A program made the position numbers and the translations under genes. The notes under the pieces were generated by a model. That model saw only the letters and a list, made by a program, of their open reading frames with translations, was not told where the DNA came from and did not search any database. Below are positions 1 through 10,699 of a stretch of DNA of 64,000 nt, one piece after another (the stretch's first letter is position 1; every line of letters starts with the position of its first letter). The DNA comes from Psammoneis japonica. Lineage: Eukaryota. Where the stretch lies: the NCBI GenBank assembly GCA_008632985.1, contig QPGO01000036.1, positions 334,182-398,181 of the forward strand. The letters are read 5' to 3'.

Positions 1-354
1 GACACCCATTGCAAACCAGTCGATGAGCTTTTGCAGGAATGCAGTGGTCGCAAGGAATCTGAAGCCAAGCCAGCAGCCGCTGCGAAAGCGGAGACGGATC
101 TTCCGATGGGGTGTCGTGATGACGAGATAGATCAATTTTATGATGCAAGGGATTGCTGGTCGCAGCACAGCGGAAAAGGATGGTCCGATGGGGTGTCTTG
201 TTGACGAGGAGGAGATGGATCCATGTTGTGATGCAGGGGGTCAGTCGCAGCAAGGTGGAAGAACGGCAGAGAAATTGGGTGTCGGTGGACAGCGTAAATT
301 GTTCAAACAAGGTGCGGTGAAATCGCAACTGCGGCAGTGCCGTTTTAACAGCAC

Positions 355-2345
355 CGACATGCGCCACACCCACAGCCACTGATGCTGCAACTTGCAGCTT
401 GACACAAAGAGCTTGTGGTGATTTCCAGATTCCTTTCCACGAAGCTGACGATCAAACATTTCTAGATTGGTGAGACCGCCAAAGCTTGCTGTTTCATTGA
501 TCGCTGTCTGGCCACAACAGCAACAGGCATCCACAACGAAGAGACTAAAGGCAACCCGTCCCATGGCAACTGCGTCGCGGCGATGCAATTCATAAAACTC
601 ACTGTGGAACTCTCTTTGAAGTCGATCAAATCACGGGCAATGGGACAAATTGAGTGTGAGACAGTGAATTGCGCAACAATGTGGTTGACAAACACGTTCT
701 CCGTTTCCTGTTCTTGCCGCAGTGCTTTCAATGCAACAGTTTCGTTGATTGCACCCACGACGACTTGCCACACATCTCTGAACCAACCCATTTCTCATGC
801 AGCTGACAGAATCTTCAAAGTCTGCATTTGTTCCTGAGTTGCGACCGGTGGCTTGCAACTCCAATTCATGCAACGCATTGCAATTAGGAAATGACAACGT
901 TGCCATTGTGAAGGGCAGACACATTTTTTGTCTTGACGATGGTCCGCAGTGAAGACATCTTGGTGCATTGCAACCTCACCTGCGGTGGTGCGTGCAGTGT
1001 CAAGTCGTCCTCGAGCAGACGTGGATGAAATTCTCTGTCGAAGCCACACGGCGTTCGTCCAAGAATGCCAGACGAGGTGCAGCAGCTTCACCCTTCAGTT
1101 CCTTGTTCGTTGTTGCATCTGTGGATGCGTCGCGCAATGACGAGTCAACGGGAGACTCTTCTGGTGCAGTGGCGGTGTCGTTGCGAACGTCGTGTTCTTG
1201 ATGTTTGGAAATGTGAAGTGCAAAGGACAGCGCAGCAAACAAAATAGAAACAAACGCCAGCACTCCAAAAACAGGTCGCATTTCTCCGGCGTTTAAAAGA
1301 ATGATGGACGAGATTTACGACGGGTTCCAGTCCCAGGTGGGACTTTTTGTGACATTGGGCCCGCAGAATTCTACGTGCGAGCTCCGCAGTAAAATTGTCA
1401 AGCAATGGATGTGTGAATGATCGCCAACAGAAAAAGAGGCAATTTTGCGAATGCATCTCCTCCTCCACACTTGAAGTGCATTCTTTGCAGCATGCCCGGG
1501 TGTGTTCTTTAGACATTGAAGAATGCACCCAGTGCATTTTTATTGACACAAGTGCAGACAACAGAAAGCCTTTGGCTTCGCAAAACAGGCAGTGTGGAAC
1601 AATTTTTTACAATGGAACACGTAGAAATGCACGTGCGAAACATGCGACGGATGACAAAAAATGATTGTGTCACAGTTCAGCAGTGTGAGGTCCCACCCAG
1701 AGCTGGAACATGTCTTGCGCATGGGTGATGGAGTCAAGGAAAGTGCTTGCCTTGCAGTGTCAAAGGCATCACTTTGTGATCGCCGATGCCGAACATGAAA
1801 TCTGCCACATCTGCCCGGGGGGAGCTTGTCTGTGCACTCACTGTTGGGAGAAACAACTGAGAGACACTGTGGCGTTGAAAAACGAGGAATCTCCAACGAT
1901 GCAGGACACCTTTCTGCAACACTAGAAAGTGGTCCGGAACTTCTGCTCTAGTCTCTTCTTCTGTTTTCGGCCTTTCTGTCATGGACAGGAGGCGGACAGC
2001 GAAGTCACACCTTGCTTTCTCGATCTTGGATGGAACATTGTGAATGACGCATGAGGCAGAAAGAGACTCTCTTGAAAATGCGAGGTGTCGCGGCACAAGT
2101 GCTCCCCAGTCTTGTTTGCGCTGAGTTGCACTTCGTGGCAATGCATCGGCATGTTTGAAAGCAAGTCCATCCTGTGAATTCCTCAAAGCTCTTCCTCCCA
2201 TTTTCCCAAACATTTTGCAAACTCGGATGACGATGCCGGCACTGCAGTCTCTCTCCAACGAGGATGATTCAGTCGCAAGACGATTTTCCCTCCATCATTG
2301 GTGAAAACCACCGTTGGCAGCGGCATCGAATTTCTGAAACGCTCA
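355..2345 (-). pseudogene. Degenerate copy of the membrane protein-kinase locus (homologous to ~31045-32680), including intron and upstream region; interrupted by a MITE
   Basis: Colinear with 31045-32680 (e.g. AINETASFGGLTNLEMFDRQLRGKES; SFPNCNALHELELQATGRN). It has frameshifts, the splice donor GTAAG is changed to GCAAG, and TA->TG/CA changes run throughout. Confidence 0.93.
1319..1714. mobile_element. MITE-like insertion (~396 bp) with ~25-bp imperfect TIRs and a 4-bp TSD (TTAC / TTGC)
   Basis: Left end GACGGGTTCCAGTCCCAGGTGGGAC vs reverse complement of right end GACATGTTCCAGCTCTGGGTGGGAC. The empty site GAGATTTACGCATGGG is present in the sister copy at ~6511, and a matching empty site is in the intact gene at ~31996. 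Confidence 0.85.
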
Positions 2346-3550
2346 CGAGTCAAGCTCCATTCGCCCGGACCGTCATGGGCGCTGCCCTTGAAGGAGGCGT
2401 TGTTGAGTGCCACTGCACTCACAATTCAGCATCCAGTGATCACATGCGTCCTGCCAGCACATTCGGTTTGGTGGCAGCATCGCCCACCCGAGTCCAGTCA
2501 TCTGAAACAATGCGAAAACAGTCATGGCCCGAACGACACCTCAGAGAGGAGAAGCCAAACCTTCTGAACAATGTTTCCGACTTGCTCATGTCGGCATTAA
2601 ATGGCTTCCACCTCTTCGTCAGAGGTCTCTGACCCCACTCTGGTTCCCGATTCTGTGTCGTCAGAATCCTTTTCATCAACGACGCAATTCAGATGACCTG
2701 TGCCATCGTCCTTCCATTTCCGGATCTTCATCATAGTTCGCATTGCCGTGACCAGAGCTCTCCACCAACCTGCCAGCATGCCAGCAAGAGAATGAGTGGA
2801 CTTTTCTTCTTCCGAGTCCATTCCGACTTCTTCATCGAACTAAAAAAAGAAAGAAAGCAGACGAGTCAGAAAAGCTTGACACGAGAAAACCTCAAACGAA
2901 CCTGGCCTCCACATCTTGTTTTCAAAACATTTGCTGCAAAGTGACGCATGAGACGTGACGCACTTCTTCAAAGGTTGCAGCAATGCGATGCACGAGATGT
3001 GATGCAAGGATGCAAGACACAAGGGCGCAAACAAGAATGGAAGACCAAAGAGCAACACTCGCCGCTTGCAACCAAGTCTGGGGCCCTGCAAGGAAGCAAC
3101 AACGACCGCTTTTGTAAGAATTGTGTTGGTTCTCGCAGCGCACTGCTCGTGTGCACTTCCAACTCTACAGTGTAGAGAGCGTGCAGCTGTCCTCAGCACA
3201 GCACCATTTAGGAACACGTTCTGGTTTCCATTGTCATGATGTCGAGTGAATCTCACAATTGCGCTGGCATGATCGTGTGGGTCTGAGTTTCCACCAATGA
3301 CACACACCCCATCAATGTCCTTGAGCTTTTCTCGAAATGCCTTTTCCGGTTTGAAATCGGAATTTCACCAAGCCTCGAACTTGGGACCGGCATTCATGGA
3401 CGTAATCACCTTTTGACAGAACATGCAGAGAATGACAGGCATTTGCCCACGCAGTGAAAAGACTGAAACAAACTGCGTCGACTGGAGGCTCACATTTGAA
3501 ATGTGGCCACAAAAGTGCTCACCTTGAAATCTAAGCAGCCACCACACACA
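1715..3550. repeat. Segmental duplicate, copy 1 (pairs with ~6515-8340)
   Basis: Near-identical colinear sequence for ~1.8 kb; differences are mostly transitions at TA/TG/CA/CG dinucleotides. Confidence 0.95.
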
Positions 3551-3554
3551 ATGA

Positions 3555-4090
3555 GTGTCAGACACACAGCAGTGGATTCCTTGTCATCTGCATCAACTTC
3601 ATTGACTCTGGTTCCCCATTCTGTGCCGTCAGAATCCTCTTCATTGGTGACGTCATCCAGACAAACCGCCCATCCTTCCATTTCCGGATCTTCTTCATCA
3701 CAGCTCGCATTGCCGTGACCAGAGCTCTCCACCAACCTGGAGCATGCAAATGTGAGAATGAGCGAACTTTCTTCTTCCAAATGCACTCCGACTTGTTCAC
3801 TGACTAAAAACAAAGCAAGAACACAGCAGACGATTCAGAAAAGCTTGACACGAGAAAATCTGAAACGACCCCACAGTGCCCTCCACGTCTCGTTCAAAAC
3901 CTTTGCTGTGAAGCGACGCATGAGATGTGGCACACTTCTCCAAATGTTGCAGCAACGCGACGCACGAGATGTGAGACAAGGATGCAAGACAGAAGGGGCA
4001 AACAAGAAGGGAAGACCAAAGAGTGACACTCACCGCTTGCAACCAAGCCTGCAAGGAAGCAACAACGAACGCTTTTGTAAGAATTGTGAT
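3555..4090. repeat. Diverged third copy of the ~2620-3125 segment
   Basis: Shared blocks such as CCTTCCATTTCCGGATCTTC, GACCAGAGCTCTCCACCAACC, CAGAAAAGCTTGACACGAGAAAA and GCAAGGAAGCAACAACG. Confidence 0.85.
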
Positions 4091-4255
4091 GATCATCGCA
4101 GCAGCATCGCCAACGAAACAAACGCATGAGTGACTTGAGTGAGTTGTTGAGTTGTTGGTTGTTGATGCTGTTTCGGCACGCTTTTGTGGCTGTGCCAGAC
4201 AGCCCGTGGCATTCCACCACTGCAATCTTGCCGAAATCGAACGAAAGTTCAAAAA

Positions 4256-4552
4256 GTGGTCGACCTTTTTTTGAATTTTTTCACAAGAGGTCGACCCTTT
4301 TTCAAAAAAAAAGAATCGAACCTCCAAAATTACAAAGAACCTCCAAAATCACAAGAAGAGGTTGACCCTTTTTAGATTGCCGGCAGTGGTCGACCTTTTT
4401 TTGAATTTTTTCATAAGAGGTCGACCCTTTTTCAAAAAAAAGAATCGAACCTCCAAAATTACAAAGAACCTCCAAAATCACAAGAAGAGGTTGACCCTTT
4501 TTAGATTTTTTCACAAAATGCTGCATGTCGTCGACCCTTTTTGAAAAAAAAT
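4256..4552. repeat. Tandem duplication of a ~131-bp unit built from GTCGACC(C)TTTT and GAACCTCCAAAAT motifs
   Basis: 4256-4378 is near-identical to 4387-4508, with a further partial motif at ~4530. Confidence 0.9.
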
Positions 4553-5802
4553 TTAACGCGTGCACGTGCTGCACAGGCCACTCTAGCTAGAGCAGCTGGT
4601 GGAGAGAGTGCCGGCACACGCAGTGACGCACCATGCTGTAGAGTGGGACTGGATGGATCCAGGATGATTGATTCTTCATTCGATCGCGGGTCGCGGTCGC
4701 TTGTGTTCTTGATTTACGAGCACATTCATCATTCATCGACGGTGCTTTTGAGCATTCCGTCGAGACTCAAGCTGTCGAGGCATCAAGAAGAAGCGACAAA
4801 ACAAAGGAAAGAATCGTGGTGTTCAGGACATTTAAGAACTCTGCAAGGTGGTGGAACCTGCGGCACATCGGAGCCATTTTGAGAGAGATGATGAAATCGA
4901 AAATGCAGGAGCAGTTTTGCAGATTCCACGAGCAGAGGCAGCCGCTTGTCGAATTGCCAAGCAAGAGCTGGACCCACATTTTTGATTCACATTCCAGCAG
5001 CTCTTTTGTTTTCTCATGATTTGCAAGAATGGCTGAACAAAACGAGTGGCAGCGCAACGAAGAAACAACATGCACGTCCTTTTCCGAACGCGCAGCCTTG
5101 AGCCTTTGTGGAGTGCGTCGGTCCCAAGAGCACGCCATTTCGCAACAAACTGAATCCATGCACTGCTTGGATGGATGGAATGGCAAAATTTCGAAATGAG
5201 TTTTGGTGTTTAGAGCCATGGGGGAGAGTGCCTGAAGACCAGTGTCTGTCCGTGCATGTGTTGGAAGCCGTGGTTCTTCCCATGCATGTTGACATGACAC
5301 ACTCCAAGGGCAAAACGGTAGACTGGAGCCATTTGGGATTAGCCAGAAGCAAAAGTTGCAATCTCATGCGGCTGATTTGCTTTTTCGACATGCCAAACTT
5401 GCACATGCCGGCACAAGAATCATTGAGCGGGGCAACTCGGAGAGAGAAGGACTGCACAGCACTTGGATCAACCTCCCAAAACAATGCATTGTCACTCTAG
5501 ACGACGAGACTCGACACGACGAAAACATGACTCGTCCCGGTCTTCCTGACATCCTGGTGCATGTAGACTTGGAACCCCAGAACTTGATTTTTCTCGTAAA
5601 GTTGGTGCAGCATCAAGTCACGCCGTTTCTATGCTGGATTGGGAGGAAGCTGCTTGTGCAGATCCACAATTTGAATTGTTGATGCTGTGTCGCAGGGTTT
5701 GCGCCAGTGATGATCAAGCCACTCATCTTTTGGGATTTTTGCTCTAGGAACCAAATTGTCCCGCTGGAATGTTGGAGAACAAGGCATTCATTGCTGGCAT
5801 CC

Positions 5803-7152
5803 CTGAACCGTGTCCGGCTAAAGCTCAAAGCGATTCACAGCTTGTGCACGTCACTGATGCAGGGTGTGGATCTGTTGGGGTGGGGTGGCAGGAGAAACCC
5901 ATGGCAAACCAAGCCAGACTTGCTGGTCAAGATTCAAAGTGAATGGAAACGATTGTACAATGTGGGTTGGGGGTTTTACAGAGCTGCCAGAGATTGAAGT
6001 GTTGCCAGTCATTGTGCGATGTTGCCATTTCTGGATGCTTCATCGTCAAATCCATGAGCGCTTCCAGCAAAACTGAGGCAATGTCCTCGGCAGAAGTGCG
6101 TTTGTGTGGATCCAAGACAAACCAAGTACGATCGGATCGTCTGAATTGATGTGCATTTTGTGGAGTGCAGGTGGTTGTCCATTCGCCACTTCGAAACGGA
6201 CCACATCAATTTGCCTCTTCTTGTTCATTTTCTCACGGGGTGAATGGGATGTCAATGCAGGTGTTGCGTCAGCACCACATGCTTGATGAACATGCGCCAT
6301 GCCCACACAAACTGACGCTGCAACTTGCAGCTTGACAAAAAGAGCTTGATGTGATTCCTTTCCACGAAGCTGACGATCAAACATTTCTAGATTGGTGAGA
6401 CCACCAAAGCTTGCTGTTTCATTGATCACTGACTTGGAAACAAACACCAGTGCTCCAAAAACAGGTTGCATTTCTCCGGCGTTCAAAAGAAAAATGACCC
6501 ACTGATGGACGAGATTTACGCATGGGTGATGGAGTCAAGGACAGTGCTCGCCTTGTAGTGTCCAAGGCATCACTTTGTGATCGCCGATGCCGAACGTGAA
6601 ATCTGCCACATCTGCCCGGGGGGAGCTTGTCCGTGTGCTCAGTGCCCGAGAGAAACGACTGAGAGACACCATGGCGTTGAAAAACGCGGAATCTCCAACG
6701 ATGCAGGATGCCTTTCTGCAACACTGGAAAGCAGTCCGGAACTTCTGCTCTAGTCTCTTCTTCTGTTTTCGGCCTTTCTGTCATGGACAGGAGGCGGACA
6801 GCGAAGTCACACCTTGCTTTCTCGATCTTGGATGGAACATTGTGAATGACGCATGAGGCAGAAAGAGACTCTCTTGAAAATGCGAGGTGTCGCGGCACAA
6901 GTGCTCCCCAGTCTTGTTTGCGCTGAGTTGCACTTCATGGCGATGCATCGGCATGTTTGAAAGCAAGTCCATCCTGTGAATTCCTCAAAGCTCTTCCTCC
7001 CATTTTCCCAAACATTTTGCAAACTCGGACAACAATGCCGGTGCTGCAGTCTCTCTCCAACGAGGATGATTCAGTCGCAAGACGATTTTCCCTCCATCAT
7101 TGGTGAAAACCACCGTTGGCAGCGGCATCAAATTTCTGAAATGCTCACTAGT
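5803..7152 (-). pseudogene. Second degenerate, internally deleted copy of the kinase locus (homologous to ~30290-32670)
   Basis: Starts CTGAACCGTGTCCGGCTAAAGCTC as at 30290 and encodes remnants such as VRFEVANGQPPALHKMHINSDDPIV (parent ...KMYINSDDPIV). Several internal deletions join distant parts of the parent. Confidence 0.92.
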
Positions 7153-8340
7153 CAAGCTCCATTCGCCCGGACCGTCATGGGCGCTGCCCTTGAAGGAGGC
7201 ATTGTTGAATGCCGTTGCACTCACAATTCAGCATCCAGTGATCACGTGCGTCCTGCCAGCACAGCAGTGTCGCCCACCCGAGTCTGGTCATCTGAAACGA
7301 TGCAAAAACAGTCATGGCCCAAACGACACCTCAGAGAGGAGAAGCCAATCCTTCCAAACAACATTTCTGACTTGCTCATGTCGGCATCAAACAGCTTCCA
7401 CCTCTTCGTCAGAGGTCTCCAACCCTGCTCTGGTTCCCGATTCTGTGTCGTCAGAATCCTGTTCATCGACGACGCAATTCAGATGACCCGTGCCATCGTC
7501 CTTCCATTTCCGGATCTTCATCACAGTTCGCATTGCCGTGACCAGAGCTCTCCACCAACCCACTGGTGTGCCAGCAAGAGAATGAGCGAACTTTTCTTCT
7601 TCCGAATCCATTCCGACTTCTTCATCGAACTAAAGAAAGAAAGAAAGCAGACAAGTCAGAAAAGCTTGACACGAGAAAACCTCAAACGAACCTGGCCTCC
7701 ACGTCTCGTTTTCAAAACATTTGCTGCAAAGTGATGCACGAGACGTGATGCACTTCTTCAAAGGTTGCAGCAACGTGACGCACGAGATGTGATGCAAGGA
7801 TGCAAGACACAAGGGCGCAAACAAGAATGGAAGACCAAAGAGTGACACTCACCACTTGCAACCAAGTCTGGGGCCCTGCTGCAAGGAAGCAACAACGACC
7901 GCTTTTGCAAGAATTGTGTTGGTTCTCGCAGCGTGCTGCTCGTGTGCACTTCCAACTCTGCAGCGCAGAGAGTGCACAGCTGTCCTCAGTGCAGCACCAT
8001 TTGGGAACACGTTCTGGTTTCCATTGTCATGATGTCGAGTGAATCTCACAATTGCACTGGCATGATCGTGCAGGTCTGAGTTTCCACCAATGACACACAT
8101 CCCATCAATGTCCTTGAGCTTTTCTTGAAATGCCTTTTCCGGTTTGAAATTGGAATTTAACCAAGCCTCGAACTTGGGACCGGCATTCATGGACGCAATC
8201 ACCTTTCAACAGAACATGCAGAGAATGATGGGCATTTGCCTGCGCAGTGAAAAGACTGAAACAAACTGCGTTGACTGGAGGCGCACATTTGAAATGTGGC
8301 CACAAAAGTGCTCACCTTGAAATCTAAGCAGCCACCACAC
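6515..8340. repeat. Segmental duplicate, copy 2 (pairs with 1715-3550)
   Basis: Direct colinear match; lacks the MITE. Confidence 0.95.
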
Positions 8341-8522
8341 ACAACGCGATCCATCTTGAGGAACCCGCCAGTGCTCTTGATGTCATCCAGCACACTGTCC
8401 AACACTTGCTGAGCTTCGACTGGTGATTCCTTGTTGTTGTCTGCAGACCATTTACAATGCCATTCGCGTGCAACTGTGTCAAAATCGACACCAGGTGCAA
8501 TTGTGGCGAATTGTCTTTGCAT
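8075..8522 (-). pseudogene. Pseudogene of a small conserved algal protein of unknown function (FDTVAREW.CKWS.DN ... RVVCGGCLDFKV ... F.PEK.F.EKLK); partial second copy at ~3270-3550
   Basis: Motifs recognisable in ORFs 8199-8522 and 7849-8202, separated by a probable decayed intron; TA-depleted. Family recognised from memory, not searched. Confidence 0.7.
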
Positions 8523-9548
8523 GTGAGATTTGTGAAACTGAAAGACTCGAAACAGATGGGGAGAAACAAGTCAAACATGAAGAGTTTCGAGACGCCACCG
8601 TTGTTGACATCGATGATGAATGACGACTTGGAAGTTGAACGTAGCGAGCGAGACAAGCTTCTCAAGACGAGGGCGACTGCTCTGAAATGTGCTTCCATCT
8701 TTCCCAGAAAGAACGAGCCTTGGGTTGTGCCAAGCCACCCATGAGAGAGAGAGACCTTTCCTTCCATTTCAATTGTCTGAGAATGTCCCCATGATTGTTT
8801 GCTCAACGCAAGACAGATGGAATTACATGCTGTGCTTCTGGTCAAAGCAAGGGGTGCGTGACGAAACAAATCTCAACTCACTCTGCGCCTCGAGTCATGC
8901 CGCGACTGCGGACATTTCGGGCAAGGGATGAAGACAACGTTTGAACGCAGAAAGAAGCATCTTGAGCCGATGACGAGAGCGCCGCAGCCAAGCAAGGCAA
9001 GAAAATAATGACGCGAGTATCCGGAGCTACGAGCTGTGCCGCACTTGACGCAACCAAGGGACAAGCTAGGGCTGTCGTCATTTAGCACGAGGCAACCCCA
9101 AACCTGAAGCCTAAAAAGCCGCATCCATCGCATCCGGACTTGAAAAAAAGATACAAGATACCATGATCCGAAAGAATAGAAAGCTTCGTGTACTAAGAAA
9201 AATAATAGTTGCATCAAAGACGATACTGTAGTGAGCATAATCATTCTTCTCCTTTCTTCATAGTGACGTATTGGCTTGTCTACTATCTTGAAGACTCTAT
9301 GAAAAATTTGGATTCAAGTTGGATATACAAAAAAATTCGTATACATATAAATAATAATAACGTTCAACGCATCTCCCGCCAAAAACGGGCGGAAATGATG
9401 ATAACATTTTGGTTTCTTCGTCTTCAGTCAGAATCCAGCCATGAGCTCCCTTCAACCTGCGTTGTGTCGCCGTCTTTCTTGAAATTGTTGAATAACAAGG
9501 CGACTATTGAGTCGTCATCGGCTCAATAGAGAGCGATAAGAGTAGACA

Positions 9549-10124
9549 ATGACTGCTAATTCGATTTTTCAGATTGATTATGCGCTTGCGAACCGAGGAA
9601 GGAAAAATTGTGAGGCTCGACGCGTAGTTCATTGGAGATACGGATATTCTTGTGACGAAACGAATGAAACCAATGAAGTCGAAGTTGTTTTTACCTGGTG
9701 GCTGTCTTCAGGTAAACAACTTATTGAAGTCAATGGACAGGAGCAGTTTTCCGGCAAAAATGCTTCAGCCAGCGTCTTTGATCACAAGTTCAAGGCGCAA
9801 AACGGACACGAACTTCAAATTGTTGCAACTAGGACCCCTCCAAACAACGTGAGTGCTCAGTTTCGAAGTTTTGAGCTGCTCGTGTTTGGAAAATCATTTT
9901 TTACCTACCCTCTGCTGGGAGAAGCAATGACCGAACGGAACGAATATGTATCCACCAGCGACAGCGGCGCGTCTTCGATTTTGGATATTCTTTATCCGGA
10001 GAAATCTGCTTTCGAAGAAAAAGAAGAGTATGTGGTGATCTTTGAACCCTCAAGCCCTTCACGTGCTGTATATCAAGAAGACAATCATGGAGGACGAGGA
10101 GCAGGACCAGACTTGTTGCTTTGA
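9549..10124 (+). CDS. Conserved hypothetical protein, 191 aa (diatom-type RRVxWRxG ... WxLxSGK ... FRxFELxVxGxSFF family)
   Basis: Clean ATG-to-stop ORF with normal Tyr content and natural composition, in a TA-normal island. Confidence 0.8.
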   Translation: MTANSIFQIDYALANRGRKNCEARRVVHWRYGYSCDETNETNEVEVVFTWWLSSGKQLIEVNGQEQFSGKNASASVFDHKFKAQNGHELQIVATRTPPNNVSAQFRSFELLVFGKSFFTYPLLGEAMTERNEYVSTSDSGASSILDILYPEKSAFEEKEEYVVIFEPSSPSRAVYQEDNHGGRGAGPDLLL

Positions 10125-10699
10125 GCGAGACGAAATGACGACATTGGTAAAGGAGGACCAAGTTGAGCTGCTGGTCTTCTTGCGAGAGAACGCCAGTAAA
10201 CTTGTACAACACACGATAGGTGTTTTACGGTAGCTTGTTTGCATTTTATAAAGAAAAACTTTAACTACATTAGCTGTCTCAATTTACCATATCCCCCCAT
10301 GTGGCTAGCGACCGTGACTGACTGTGGTCAGGGTTAGGCGTTCACAACACTGTGTGTGCACGGTAATGTACAGTATTTGCCATCATGCATTTCGCTGTTG
10401 GTCAGCTTTCATATGCAACTATCTGCATTCCTCGTGCTGTAATAGACTCAACTGCGAACTCTCCAGTCATGGATCTGACCAGAATCATTTCTCTATTGGC
10501 GGGCAGGTCGCAATCCCCAGCATTGTTCTCTGCCTGCACAACAACAAAATGAAACTACAAACACTCGCTTTTAATGCATGTAAGAAGTAAAGTACAGCAG
10601 TGTGTTTCCTTAGTCATCGTGAGACCTGCCGACCTTCAGCTTGTCTTACCCAGCCTTTGGTAGCCGTTCTGGACAATGTGGCTATTGGTCGGCACTGCC

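Noticed and set aside
100..255. Short imperfect direct repeat (CCGATGGGGTGTC...GATGCA.GG)
   Set aside because: Only two diverged copies at the window edge; context is missing.
355..2345. Classical RIP (CpA->TpA) acting on the intact gene
   Set aside because: Conserved protein motifs and the splice donor show that TA is the ancestral state.
4850..5800. Protein-like TA-depleted ORF fragments
   Set aside because: No family recognised and the strand is ambiguous; needs TA-restored translation and a profile search.
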